NCBI GenBank assembly: GCA_963813235.1
Contig: CAWEYF010000029.1
Coordinates: 1,782-65,781 of the forward strand
Source of the DNA: Candidatus Aminicenantes bacterium
GTDB lineage: Bacteria > Acidobacteriota > Aminicenantia > Aminicenantales > Saccharicenantaceae
Reading direction: 5' to 3'
DNA length: 64,000 nt
Shown: positions 7,117 to 15,870 of the stretch, piece by piece
How the letters are laid out: the number at the start of each line of letters is the position of its first letter
Position numbering within the stretch: the first letter of the stretch is position 1
Notes under the pieces: generated by a model
What the model saw: the letters and a program-made list of their open reading frames with translations, nothing else
Database searches by the model: none
What the model was told of the DNA's origin: nothing
Made by a program: the position numbers and the translations under genes

Positions 7117-8052
7117 TTAGCGCTCGCGCTCCAGGACGAGGTCGGTGAACCGGAACAGCGCCCGCCGCCCCGGCGAATCGGGAAACCGGCCGAGGAGGGC
7201 GCGGGCGCCGTCGGCGTATTCCCGGGCTCTTCCGTACGCGTAATCCAGCGAGCCGCTTCCCTTCAGGATCGCGAGGGCCTCGGTCCTCGACCCCGCGTCG
7301 AGGTCCTTGCGCCCGACCATCCCGGCCAGCCTTCCCGAGCCTCCGCCCGAGTTATTATTCAAGGCGTGGATCAACGGGAGTGTGACGCGGCCTTCGGCCA
7401 GGTCCGAGAGGACGGGCTTGCCGATGGCCCCGGCGTCGCCGCCGAAGTCGAGGAGGTCGTCGACGATCTGGAAAGCCATCCCCAGGTTCCGGCCAGCGTC
7501 CGCCAGCCGGGACTCGTCCTCGGGCGGGAGCTTGCCCAGGATGCCGCCGATCCGGGCGGCGGCGGTGAAAAGGGAGGCGGTCTTCATGTCGATGATCTCG
7601 TAATACCGGGGTTCCGAGATCCCCAAGTCCCCGCTGTGGGAATACTCGGTGAGCTCGCCCTCGATCATGCGGGTCGAGAGGTCGGCGAGGAGGCGGACGA
7701 CCCGGTCGTCGCCCGCGCGCAGGGAAAGCCCGATGGACTTGATGAAGAGATAGTCCCCGAGGAGGACGGTGACGTTGGGCCCCCAGACGGAGTGGACCGA
7801 AGGCCTCCCGCGCCGCATCCCGGCGCTGTCGACGATGTCGTCGTGGATGAGGCTCGCCGTGTGGATGATCTCGATCACCGCGGCAAGGAAGGGGGCGTCG
7901 GGGCCCGCATACCCGGATACCTTCGCCGAGAGGAGGAGGAGGGCCGGCCGCAGGCGCTTGCCCTGTTCCTGGAAGATATAGCTTCCGAGCTCGGAGATGA
8001 GGGGATTGGAGGAGACGGACCAGGAACGGATGTTCCGTTCGACCTCGTCCAT
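7117..8052 (-). CDS. Polyprenyl diphosphate synthase (trans-IPPS, IspB/HepT-like)
   Basis: 311 aa. First DDxxD motif LIHDDIVDSAGMRRGRPS and second FQIVDDLLDF. Confidence 0.9.
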   Translation of the reverse strand: MDEVERNIRSWSVSSNPLISELGSYIFQEQGKRLRPALLLLSAKVSGYAGPDAPFLAAVIEIIHTASLIHDDIVDSAGMRRGRPSVHSVWGPNVTVLLGDYLFIKSIGLSLRAGDDRVVRLLADLSTRMIEGELTEYSHSGDLGISEPRYYEIIDMKTASLFTAAARIGGILGKLPPEDESRLADAGRNLGMAFQIVDDLLDFGGDAGAIGKPVLSDLAEGRVTLPLIHALNNNSGGGSGRLAGMVGRKDLDAGSRTEALAILKGSGSLDYAYGRAREYADGARALLGRFPDSPGRRALFRFTDLVLERER

Positions 8053-8139
8053 CCCGTCGCGGATCTCCGCGAAGATCCCCTCGGGAGGGGCCGGTGCGCC
8101 GGCCGGATTCGGGGCCGGGCTTTCGGGCTTCGAACGGCG

Positions 8140-8631
8140 TCATCGGAAATTCGTGAACTGCATGTGGATTCCGAGATCGCGGGCCTTGAGGAAGGCGATG
8201 ACCTCCTGAAGGACGTCGATCTTCGGGCTGGAAACGCGGACCTCGTCCCCCTGAATGGCCACCTGGGCCTTGAACTTCTCCCCCTTGATGAGCTTGACGA
8301 TCTCCCGGGCCTTCTCGATCGGGATCCCCGCCTGGAAGGTCACGACCTGGCGGACCGTCCGGCCTGCGGCGTCCTCGACCCGCCCGTAGTCCAGGGCCTT
8401 GAGGGAGACCTTCCTTTTGACCAGTTTCTCCTCGAGGACCTGTCTTAATCCCTTGACCTTGAAATCGTCGTCGGCGATCAGGGTCAGCTTGTCCTTTTCG
8501 AGGAGGATGTCGGCCCGGCTGTTCTTGAAGTCGAACCGGTTCCGGATCTCCTTGAGGGCGACGTTGACCGCGTTGGCGACCTCCTGGAGGTCGATCCTGG
8601 AGACGACGTCGAAGTAGTGGTCCTGGGCCAT
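8140..8631 (-). CDS. yajQ: YajQ-family nucleotide-binding protein (UPF0234)
   Basis: 163 aa. FDVVSRIDLQEVANAVNVALKEIRNRFDFK and the C-terminal MQFTNFR match the YajQ family end to end. Confidence 0.9.
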   Translation of the reverse strand: MAQDHYFDVVSRIDLQEVANAVNVALKEIRNRFDFKNSRADILLEKDKLTLIADDDFKVKGLRQVLEEKLVKRKVSLKALDYGRVEDAAGRTVRQVVTFQAGIPIEKAREIVKLIKGEKFKAQVAIQGDEVRVSSPKIDVLQEVIAFLKARDLGIHMQFTNFR

Positions 8632-8665
8632 GGCGGGCTTATCTTAGCATTGAAGGGGCCTTTTT

Positions 8666-9469
8666 TCAAATGGCCCGGGACTTTCCGAAGAGCGCGAAGA
8701 AGTTGCGGGTCGTCGCGGCGGCGAGGTCCTCGAAAGGCATGCCTTTGAGCCCGGCGAGGACGCGTGCGGTTGCGACGACGAGGGCGGGTTCGTTCCGCTT
8801 CGTCGCGCGGAACGGAACGGGGGCCAGGAAGGGGGCGTCCGTTTCGACCAGGAGGCGGTCCGCCGGGACCTTGCGGGCGACGTCCCTCAGGGCCTCCGCC
8901 TTCGGGAACGTCAGGATCCCCGAGAAAGAGATCAGGAAGCCCAGGTCGATCATCGCCGAGGCGGTGTCCCAGTCTTCCGTGAAGCAGTGGAGGGCTCCTC
9001 CACAGGGGAAGCCCGTCTCGCGGACGGCGGCGACGACTTCGGAGCCGGCCAGGCGGCTGTGGACGATGACCGGGAGGCCGAGCTCCCCGGCCAGGCGGAG
9101 TTGGTCCCGGAAGGCGGCCCTTTGCTCGTCGGGCGTCGAAAGGGCGTAATGGAAATCGAGCCCTATCTCGCCGACGGCCGCGATCCGTCCGGCCGCCGCC
9201 AGCTCGCGAAGCGCGAGGACGTGCCCTTCCGCAAAGGCCTTCGCCAGGTGCGGGTGGACGCCCGCGGCGGCCAGGAACGAGGGGTGGGCCGCGACGAGGC
9301 CCAGGACAGTCGGGAGGCTCGTCGGCGAGGCGAGCTCGGCCGGGCAGAGAACCGTTGCGATCCCCGCTTCGAGGGCCCGACGGACGACGGCCTCCCGGTC
9401 GGCTTCGAATTCGGGCATGTCCAGGTGGGCGTGGGAATCGACGAGGGCGGGCCGTTCGGTGTTCATCAT
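8666..9469 (-). CDS. tatD: TatD-family metal-dependent hydrolase/DNase
   Basis: 267 aa. VDSHAHLDMPEF, ...EIGLDFHY..., ...VIVHSR... and ...ETDAPFLAP are the TatD motifs. Confidence 0.9.
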   Translation of the reverse strand: MMNTERPALVDSHAHLDMPEFEADREAVVRRALEAGIATVLCPAELASPTSLPTVLGLVAAHPSFLAAAGVHPHLAKAFAEGHVLALRELAAAGRIAAVGEIGLDFHYALSTPDEQRAAFRDQLRLAGELGLPVIVHSRLAGSEVVAAVRETGFPCGGALHCFTEDWDTASAMIDLGFLISFSGILTFPKAEALRDVARKVPADRLLVETDAPFLAPVPFRATKRNEPALVVATARVLAGLKGMPFEDLAAATTRNFFALFGKSRAI

Positions 9470-9530
9470 CGGTCCAAAAAAAAGCGGGGAAGGCGCGAAA
9501 CGCCTTCCCCGAGGGATCGTTCTCCGAACG

Positions 9531-11291
9531 TTACCGGGCCAGCTTGACCTTGAGTTCCCTTAAGGGGATGGCCCCGAAGCTGATGACCTTCCCGGCAAAT
9601 TCCTTCTGGTTGAAGGCGTCGCCCTTGAGCTTCTTGGCTTCCTTCTCGAAGTCCAGGATCTCCTGGTACCCGATGTAGGTGAGGGCGGAGTCGCCCGGGT
9701 TGAGGAGGATGGTATCCCATTTCCGGGCGGCCTCGGCGTCGGTCTGGAAGCCCGTGCGGACCATGTAATTGACGGCCTGTTCCTTGGTCATCCCGCCCTG
9801 ATGGATGTTGAGCTCCAGCTGGAAGTCGAGGACCGTCTTGAGCATGAGCTTGAGCTGGTTGAGGCGGAGGCGCAGGTCGTAGTTGCCGAAACCGGAGTTG
9901 ATGAGCATTTCCTCGATGTAGGCCGGCCAGCCCTTCAGGAGGGCCTGGTTGGCGAAGAGCCTCTTGACGACCGACGGGTCCTTCCGGGAGACGAACGAGG
10001 GGACGAAGGTCCCCGGGAAGACCTTCTGCACGGTCAGGAAGTCCAGGGCGAAGTCGTTCTGCTCTTCGAGGAAGGACGCTGCCTGCTCGTTTGTCCAGTC
10101 GGCGGGAATGGGCATGACCTGGAACGTGTAGCCGCCGTTCGTTTCGTAGGCGCCGGGGGCCACCAGCCGGAACCAGGATTGGCCGGCCATGGCGGCGGGC
10201 ATCGGCACGACCGCGAGCTCGGCGTCCGGGAGATCGATGAGCTGGGTCTGGGCGAGGAACGCCTTGACGTTCGCGGCCGAGGCGGCGATCTTCGCGACGA
10301 ACTCCTCGCGGGCGGCGTGCTCGACCTTGATCTTGTCCAGCACGCCCTTGATGACGATATTCTTGACCTCTTCCTCGCTCCTCTGCGTCGTGAGCTGTTC
10401 GAGGTTGATGCCGGGATACATGATCTTGTAGAACGGAATGCAGACGAGGAACATCTCGCGGCGGATGTTCTTGACGTCGGCGTTGGCCCGGGCGACGAGC
10501 TCGTCGATCGGGACGTTGCCCTGGGACGACATGCGCAGGAGGCGGATGTGCGTGTCCGCCCCCAACCGGAAGTTCCCGGTGGATTTGGGCAGAAGATCGT
10601 TCTGGAGGAATCTCTGGTAATCCTCGAGCGCGGCTGCGACCTTGACGATCTCGGCCTGAAAGCCGTTCTTGGCGACGGCGCTCGCCGCGAGAGCGGGGGC
10701 TTCGGTCCGGTAAAATTCAATGATCGCCGGCATCTGCTTGATGGCCGTTTCGGTGTAGATCTGGGCCGGGGTTTTGAGGTTCTCCTTCGCCTTCTTGATC
10801 AGGCCGGGGAGGAGCTTGGCGCGCTCCGTCGCGCTCTTGACCCGGGCGTCCAGCGGGGTGCCGTCCTTGACGAGAAGGCTGCGGACGCTCTGGAGGAGGA
10901 TGTCGTTATAGAAGAGCGGGTTGTATTCCCAGGGGAGCAGGTTCTCGAACTTGACGAACTCCAGGTCGAGGGCGTCGACCATCATGGCGTGAAGAACCTG
11001 GCTCTCCGGCGAGAGCTTGGACTTGTCCACCTTGGCCACGAGCTCCTGGTTGAAGGCGTCGAGGGCGTCGGTGCGCTTCTCGATCGCGCCGGAGCCGAAG
11101 TCCTCGAGCCTGTCGTTGTACTTGGCGATCCCGGCCAGCGTGGCGGAGGTCGGGAAGAATTTCCACATGCCGTCGAGATAGGCGTCGATCATCTTCTGGA
11201 ACTTCGCGTCCTCGGGGGATTGGGCGTAAAGCGGCCCGAGGCCGAGCGCGGCCACGGCCAGGATCAGGACCGATAGAACGAGTCTCTTCAT
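9531..11291 (-). CDS. Secreted DUF885-family protein
   Basis: 586 aa. There is an N-terminal signal peptide (MKRLVLSVLILAVAALGLGPLYAQ). Length and sequence pattern are typical of DUF885. Confidence 0.75.
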   Translation of the reverse strand: MKRLVLSVLILAVAALGLGPLYAQSPEDAKFQKMIDAYLDGMWKFFPTSATLAGIAKYNDRLEDFGSGAIEKRTDALDAFNQELVAKVDKSKLSPESQVLHAMMVDALDLEFVKFENLLPWEYNPLFYNDILLQSVRSLLVKDGTPLDARVKSATERAKLLPGLIKKAKENLKTPAQIYTETAIKQMPAIIEFYRTEAPALAASAVAKNGFQAEIVKVAAALEDYQRFLQNDLLPKSTGNFRLGADTHIRLLRMSSQGNVPIDELVARANADVKNIRREMFLVCIPFYKIMYPGINLEQLTTQRSEEEVKNIVIKGVLDKIKVEHAAREEFVAKIAASAANVKAFLAQTQLIDLPDAELAVVPMPAAMAGQSWFRLVAPGAYETNGGYTFQVMPIPADWTNEQAASFLEEQNDFALDFLTVQKVFPGTFVPSFVSRKDPSVVKRLFANQALLKGWPAYIEEMLINSGFGNYDLRLRLNQLKLMLKTVLDFQLELNIHQGGMTKEQAVNYMVRTGFQTDAEAARKWDTILLNPGDSALTYIGYQEILDFEKEAKKLKGDAFNQKEFAGKVISFGAIPLRELKVKLAR

Positions 11292-11376
11292 ATGCGTCTC
11301 CTCTTCATGCGGATCGAACGTCCGGTTTCACCAAAAAAATATGGTAGCATAAAATTGCCGGGCGAGGCAACGGATT

Positions 11377-12378
11377 TCACCATCGGATCGACGGCCGAGG
11401 CCCAGGTGTATCCCGACCCGAAGGCGGTCAGGACGACGAGATGGCCGGGACGGACCGTCCGTCCTGGACCGCCTCGTCGAGGGCGATGGGAATGGAGGCC
11501 GACGTCGTGTTGCCGTACCGGTCGATGTTGCGGATGACCTTGGCCTCCGGGACCTTCAGGGCCCGGGCGACCATCTGGGAGATGCGGTCGTTGGCCTGGT
11601 GGGGGATGAGGACGTCGATGTCGTCGACGGTGAGGCCGTTGTGCTTGAGGGCGTCCATGACGGCCTCCGGCATCCGCTGGCAGGCGTTCTTGAAGACGTT
11701 CTTGCCTTCCATGTGGGGATAGAACTTCTTTGAGGAGAAGTCGCTTTCCTTGAAGGTCGGGTTGTCCCGGCAGCTCGGCTTCTCCATCCACAGGTCGGAC
11801 ACGAACCGGCCGTCCGAATAAAGATGGGTGGAGAGGACGCCCCGGCCGGTCTCCCCGGCGTCGGGCTCGAGCACGACGGCGCCGGCCCCGTCGCCGAACA
11901 GGACGGCCATGTCCCGGCCGTCGTCGGAATAGTCCAGGTTCGAGGACTGGACCTCCGAGGCGACGAGGAGGATCTTCCGGTAGGTGCCGGCCCGGATGAA
12001 CTGGTCGGCCACGGCCAGGCCGTAAATGAACCCGCTGCACTGGTTGCGGACGTCCAGGGCGCCGATCGTCCCCAGGCCGAGCCCCGCCTGAACCATGACC
12101 CCGATTCCCGGGAAATAATGATCGGGGGACAGGGTGGCCGCGATGACGAAGTCGATGTCCGCGGGCCCGGCCCCGGCACCCGCCATGGCCAGGCGCGCCG
12201 CTTCGATCGCCAGGTCGGAGCTGCCGACGCCGGGCTCGACGTGACGGCGCTCGGCGATGCCGCTCCTCTGCCGGATCCAATCGTCCGACGTGTCCATCCG
12301 TTTTTCAAGGTCGAAGTTCGTGACGACGCGGGGCGGAACGTAATGCCCGATGCCGGTGATGATCGTTCTACTGTTCAT
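11377..12378 (-). CDS. fabH: Beta-ketoacyl-ACP synthase III, with a compensated double frameshift near the 3' end
   Basis: MNSRTIITGIGHYVPPRVVTNFDLEKRMDTSDDWIRQRSGIAERR is the FabH N-terminus. The uninterrupted ORF stops at 11428. The conserved C-terminus GRTVRPGHLVVLTAFGSGYTWASAV is in another frame, and IRW-stop (11377-11388) is back in the original frame. Confidence 0.9.
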
Positions 12379-12462
12379 GGAAGGTCGGAATTATAGGGGA
12401 GGATCGGCCCCGTGTAAAGCGGGATTTTGCATTTTCCGTGACGGGAGAGTAAGATTTTCGCG

Positions 12463-12960
12463 ATGACCCAGCGCGCGCCGTTCCGCTCTCTTGCCCTGGC
12501 GGCGGGCCTCATGGCCCTGGCCCTCCCCGCGGCAGCCCTGCCCCAGGATGAGGACCTCCTGAAGATCGAATGCTCCGTCGCACCCAGGAGGCTTGCCCGC
12601 GGGGAGGGGGGGAAGGCCCTCATCAAGCTCGCCGTCCGCGAGGGGGTCCTCATCAGCGCCCAGCCCTCGTTCATCATCGAATTCATCCCGGTGCCCGAGA
12701 TCTCCTTCCCCAAGAATTTCTTCACGGCGTCGGACCTCGACATCGACGTCGTCGAGACGCCCGCGGGGACGTTCCTCGACCTGGCGAAGCCCGTCGAGAT
12801 TCCGTTCACCGTCGTCCCGGACGCCAAGCCCGGCGGCCACATCCTGGAGGGCCGGATCAAGTATTTCGCCCGGTCGCCCGGGGAAGGCTGGTGTTACAAG
12901 ACGACTTCGAAATTCTCCGTGGCTTTCACGACCCGGTCCGGGTCCATAAAGAAGAAATAA
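12463..12960 (+). CDS. Secreted hypothetical protein
   Basis: 165 aa with a signal peptide (LALAAGLMALALPAAALP). Codon usage is typical of the window. I recognise no family. Confidence 0.6.
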   Translation: MTQRAPFRSLALAAGLMALALPAAALPQDEDLLKIECSVAPRRLARGEGGKALIKLAVREGVLISAQPSFIIEFIPVPEISFPKNFFTASDLDIDVVETPAGTFLDLAKPVEIPFTVVPDAKPGGHILEGRIKYFARSPGEGWCYKTTSKFSVAFTTRSGSIKKK

Positions 12961-12964
12961 GCCG

Positions 12965-13939
12965 TCAGAGCTTCTTGTGGGCGACGTACCAGTCGATCGT
13001 CTCCTTGATGCCTTGGGCAAATGCGGTTCGGGTCTCGAAGCCCAGGACCTCTTTGGCCTTCCGGACGTCGGCCACCCAGCCGTACTGGCGCGCGTCTCGG
13101 TATTTGCTCCGGTTGAGGGGGGTCGGTTTCCCGGTGACCCGGGACCAGGTCTCTGCGATCGCGGCGGCCGTCCCGAAGGCCCGGATCGGAACGCGCAGGG
13201 GGACGAGCCTCTTGCCGAGGACCGCGGCCGCGGCCCGGCCCAGATCCTCCCATGAACGGGGCGTCGGGTCCGCGATGTTGAAGATACCGTCGGCGTCCGT
13301 CCCCGGCTGTGCGCAGAGGTCCATCGCCGCGATCACGTCACGCACGTGGCAGAGGCTTAGATACCGCGGCCGCCGCCCGATGAGCGGCAAAAAGCCTTTC
13401 CCGATGTAACGGAAGTAGGCGAGGAAATCCTCGTCGCCGGGCCCGTAGACCGCCGCGACGCGGAGGACGGAGACGCGAAGCGCGCCCCGGCCCTTCAGGG
13501 CCTCCTCCTCCGCCCGGAGCTTGCTTTCGCCGTATGCGGAGACGGGCCGCGGGGGCTCGTCCTCGCGGACGGCCCCTGCGGGCGAGGACGGCCCGCCGGC
13601 GGCCAGGCTGCTGACGTGGACCAGTCGGGGCCGCCGGCCCTGCCCGGCGAGGGCGCGCACAAGGCTTGCCGTCCCCTCCGCGTTTACTGTATAATAACTC
13701 TTCGCGTCGGCGGATTTGGTCAAGCCCGCGAGGTGAAAGACGACGTCGAGCCCGGACGGCAGGGGCGGGATGGAAAAGAGGTCGCCCCTGAGGATCCGGA
13801 GGCCGGGTCCCTCCCCCCGCCCTTCGAGACGCCGGGGGTCGCGGACCAGGGCGTAGGTCTCGATGTCCTCCGCGGACCGGAGGTGATCGAGGAGGCGGCG
13901 GCCGATGAAGCCCGTGCCTCCCGTTACGAGGACCTTCAT
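12965..13939 (-). CDS. NAD-dependent epimerase/dehydratase (extended SDR)
   Basis: MKVLVTGGTGFIGRRL Rossmann motif. The ATG at 13939 is preferred over the upstream TTG at 13975. Confidence 0.85.
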   Translation of the reverse strand: MKVLVTGGTGFIGRRLLDHLRSAEDIETYALVRDPRRLEGRGEGPGLRILRGDLFSIPPLPSGLDVVFHLAGLTKSADAKSYYTVNAEGTASLVRALAGQGRRPRLVHVSSLAAGGPSSPAGAVREDEPPRPVSAYGESKLRAEEEALKGRGALRVSVLRVAAVYGPGDEDFLAYFRYIGKGFLPLIGRRPRYLSLCHVRDVIAAMDLCAQPGTDADGIFNIADPTPRSWEDLGRAAAAVLGKRLVPLRVPIRAFGTAAAIAETWSRVTGKPTPLNRSKYRDARQYGWVADVRKAKEVLGFETRTAFAQGIKETIDWYVAHKKL

Positions 13940-14028
13940 AGGCCGGATTGTATGGGATTCGCGCCCGGCGGTCAACGGGCGCCCCCCGAGGCCGTCCCCG
14001 CTGAAGGGGGCGAAACCCGCGGAAGGAA

Positions 14029-15858
14029 ATGAGTCGAATGAACGGAAGCATCAGAAAACGGGCGGCGCGCGGGGTGCTCGCCGGGGCGATCCTCCTGGGC
14101 CTCGCCGCGGCCGCGACCGAAGCCGCCTCGATCATCATGCCCCTCGTCGAGGTCAAGGCCGGGATGAAAGGCAAGGGAAAGACCGTCTTCGAGGCCGGCC
14201 GGATCGAGGAGTTCGACGCCGATATCCTCGGGGTCCTGGAGAATTATCGGCCCAAGCGGAGCATGATCATGGCCCGGCTCAAGGGCCGCGGCCTGGAGAC
14301 GAGCGGGGTCATCGAGGGGATGAGCGGGAGCCCCGTCTACGTCGACGGCAAGCTCGTCGGGGCCGTCGCCTTCAGCTTCCCGTTCTCCAAGGAGCCCATC
14401 GCCGGCATCACCCCGATCGAAGAGATGCTCGCCATCGAGCGCGCCCCTTCCGTTTCAAGGCCCGGCGGGCCCGTCCCCTTGGAGAAGAGCCTGACGCTGG
14501 ACGACCTGCTCGCTCTTTATAAAAGATCCTATGGGCCCGATCCAGCGGCGGCCTCCTCGCCCGAGTCCTTTCACCCCCTGAACGTTCCCCTGCTCCTCGG
14601 CGGCTTCTCGACCCCGGCCTTCGAGCGGGCCCGGGCGTTCTTCGGCGGATTGGGATTCCAGCCCGTCAGGACCGGCGCGGCCGGGCAGGCCGGCTCGGGC
14701 CAGGTCCTCTCCGGGCTCGGCCTCCAGGCGGGCGAGGCCGTCGGCGTCCAGCTCATGGGCGGCGATCTCGACATGACGGCCGTGGGAACCGTCACCTACG
14801 TGGACGGGGACAAGGTCCTGGCCTTCGGGCACCCCTTCTACAATCTAGGGGCCGTCGACTTTCCGATGACCCGGGTCGACGTCATCACGGTCGTCCCGAG
14901 CCTCCAGAGCTCCTTTAAGCTTGCGGCGACGGGCCCGTTGGTGGGCCGGATCTCCCAGGACCGGACAGCCGGAGCGTTCGGCGAGCTGGGCAAGGCTCCC
15001 CGCACGATCCCCGTCCGCGTGAAGCTCTCCTCGGGCCCGTCGTCCCGGAAGGAGTTCGCGTTCCGGGTCGTCAACGACAGGATCCTGAGCCCCGCCCTGG
15101 TGAACATGGCCCTGTCGTCCATCATCACGGCCGAGGAGCGGTCTTACGGGAACGTCACGCTCGATTTCGACGGCGACGTCTACCTCGACAACGGCGCGAG
15201 CGTCCATCTCGAGGACCTGTTCTCCGGCAATTACGACAACCCGTCGTCGAGCCTCTCCGGGATCGTGGCGGCCGTCGTCTACTACTTGACGAACAACGAG
15301 TTCAAGGACGTCGGGATCTTTCGCATCGACCTCAACGTCCGGGCTTCCGAAGAGGCCCGGCTCTGCAGCCTCGACAAGGTCCTCCTTGACAAGTATGAAG
15401 CCTCGCCCGGCGAGCGCATCCAGATCAAGGCCTATTACCGGACCTTCAAGGAGGAGGGCTTGGTCGAGGAGGTCTCCATCCAGACGCCCGAGCTTCCCGC
15501 CGGGTCGGAATTCTATCTTGTCGTCGGCGACGCGGCCGCGATGCAGCAGATCGAGCGGAGCCAGTACCGGACGCAGGATTTCGCCCCGCGCGACCTGGAG
15601 CAGCTCATCCGGCTCCTGGGCAGCCTCCGGAAGAACAACCGCATCTACTTCAAGGTCATGGCCGCCAAACCCGGCCTCTTCCTCAAGGGCGAAGAGATGC
15701 CCAACCTCCCGCCGACGCTGAAATCCATGTTCGCGTCGCCGCGGGCCTCGGCTTCCTCCACGACGGAGCTCACGCGGTCCACCCTGAGCGAATATCAGCT
15801 GCCCGTCCCGTACGTGTTCCGGGGGGCCGCCGTCATCCCGATCAAGATCCGCAGCTAG
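14029..15858 (+). CDS. Secreted SpoIVB-like (S55) serine peptidase domain protein
   Basis: 609 aa with a signal peptide. GVIEGMSGSPVYVDGKLVGAVAF resembles the S55/trypsin-fold catalytic-serine motif. Confidence 0.65.
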   Translation: MSRMNGSIRKRAARGVLAGAILLGLAAAATEAASIIMPLVEVKAGMKGKGKTVFEAGRIEEFDADILGVLENYRPKRSMIMARLKGRGLETSGVIEGMSGSPVYVDGKLVGAVAFSFPFSKEPIAGITPIEEMLAIERAPSVSRPGGPVPLEKSLTLDDLLALYKRSYGPDPAAASSPESFHPLNVPLLLGGFSTPAFERARAFFGGLGFQPVRTGAAGQAGSGQVLSGLGLQAGEAVGVQLMGGDLDMTAVGTVTYVDGDKVLAFGHPFYNLGAVDFPMTRVDVITVVPSLQSSFKLAATGPLVGRISQDRTAGAFGELGKAPRTIPVRVKLSSGPSSRKEFAFRVVNDRILSPALVNMALSSIITAEERSYGNVTLDFDGDVYLDNGASVHLEDLFSGNYDNPSSSLSGIVAAVVYYLTNNEFKDVGIFRIDLNVRASEEARLCSLDKVLLDKYEASPGERIQIKAYYRTFKEEGLVEEVSIQTPELPAGSEFYLVVGDAAAMQQIERSQYRTQDFAPRDLEQLIRLLGSLRKNNRIYFKVMAAKPGLFLKGEEMPNLPPTLKSMFASPRASASSTTELTRSTLSEYQLPVPYVFRGAAVIPIKIRS

Positions 15859-15870
15859 GAGACAACGGCA

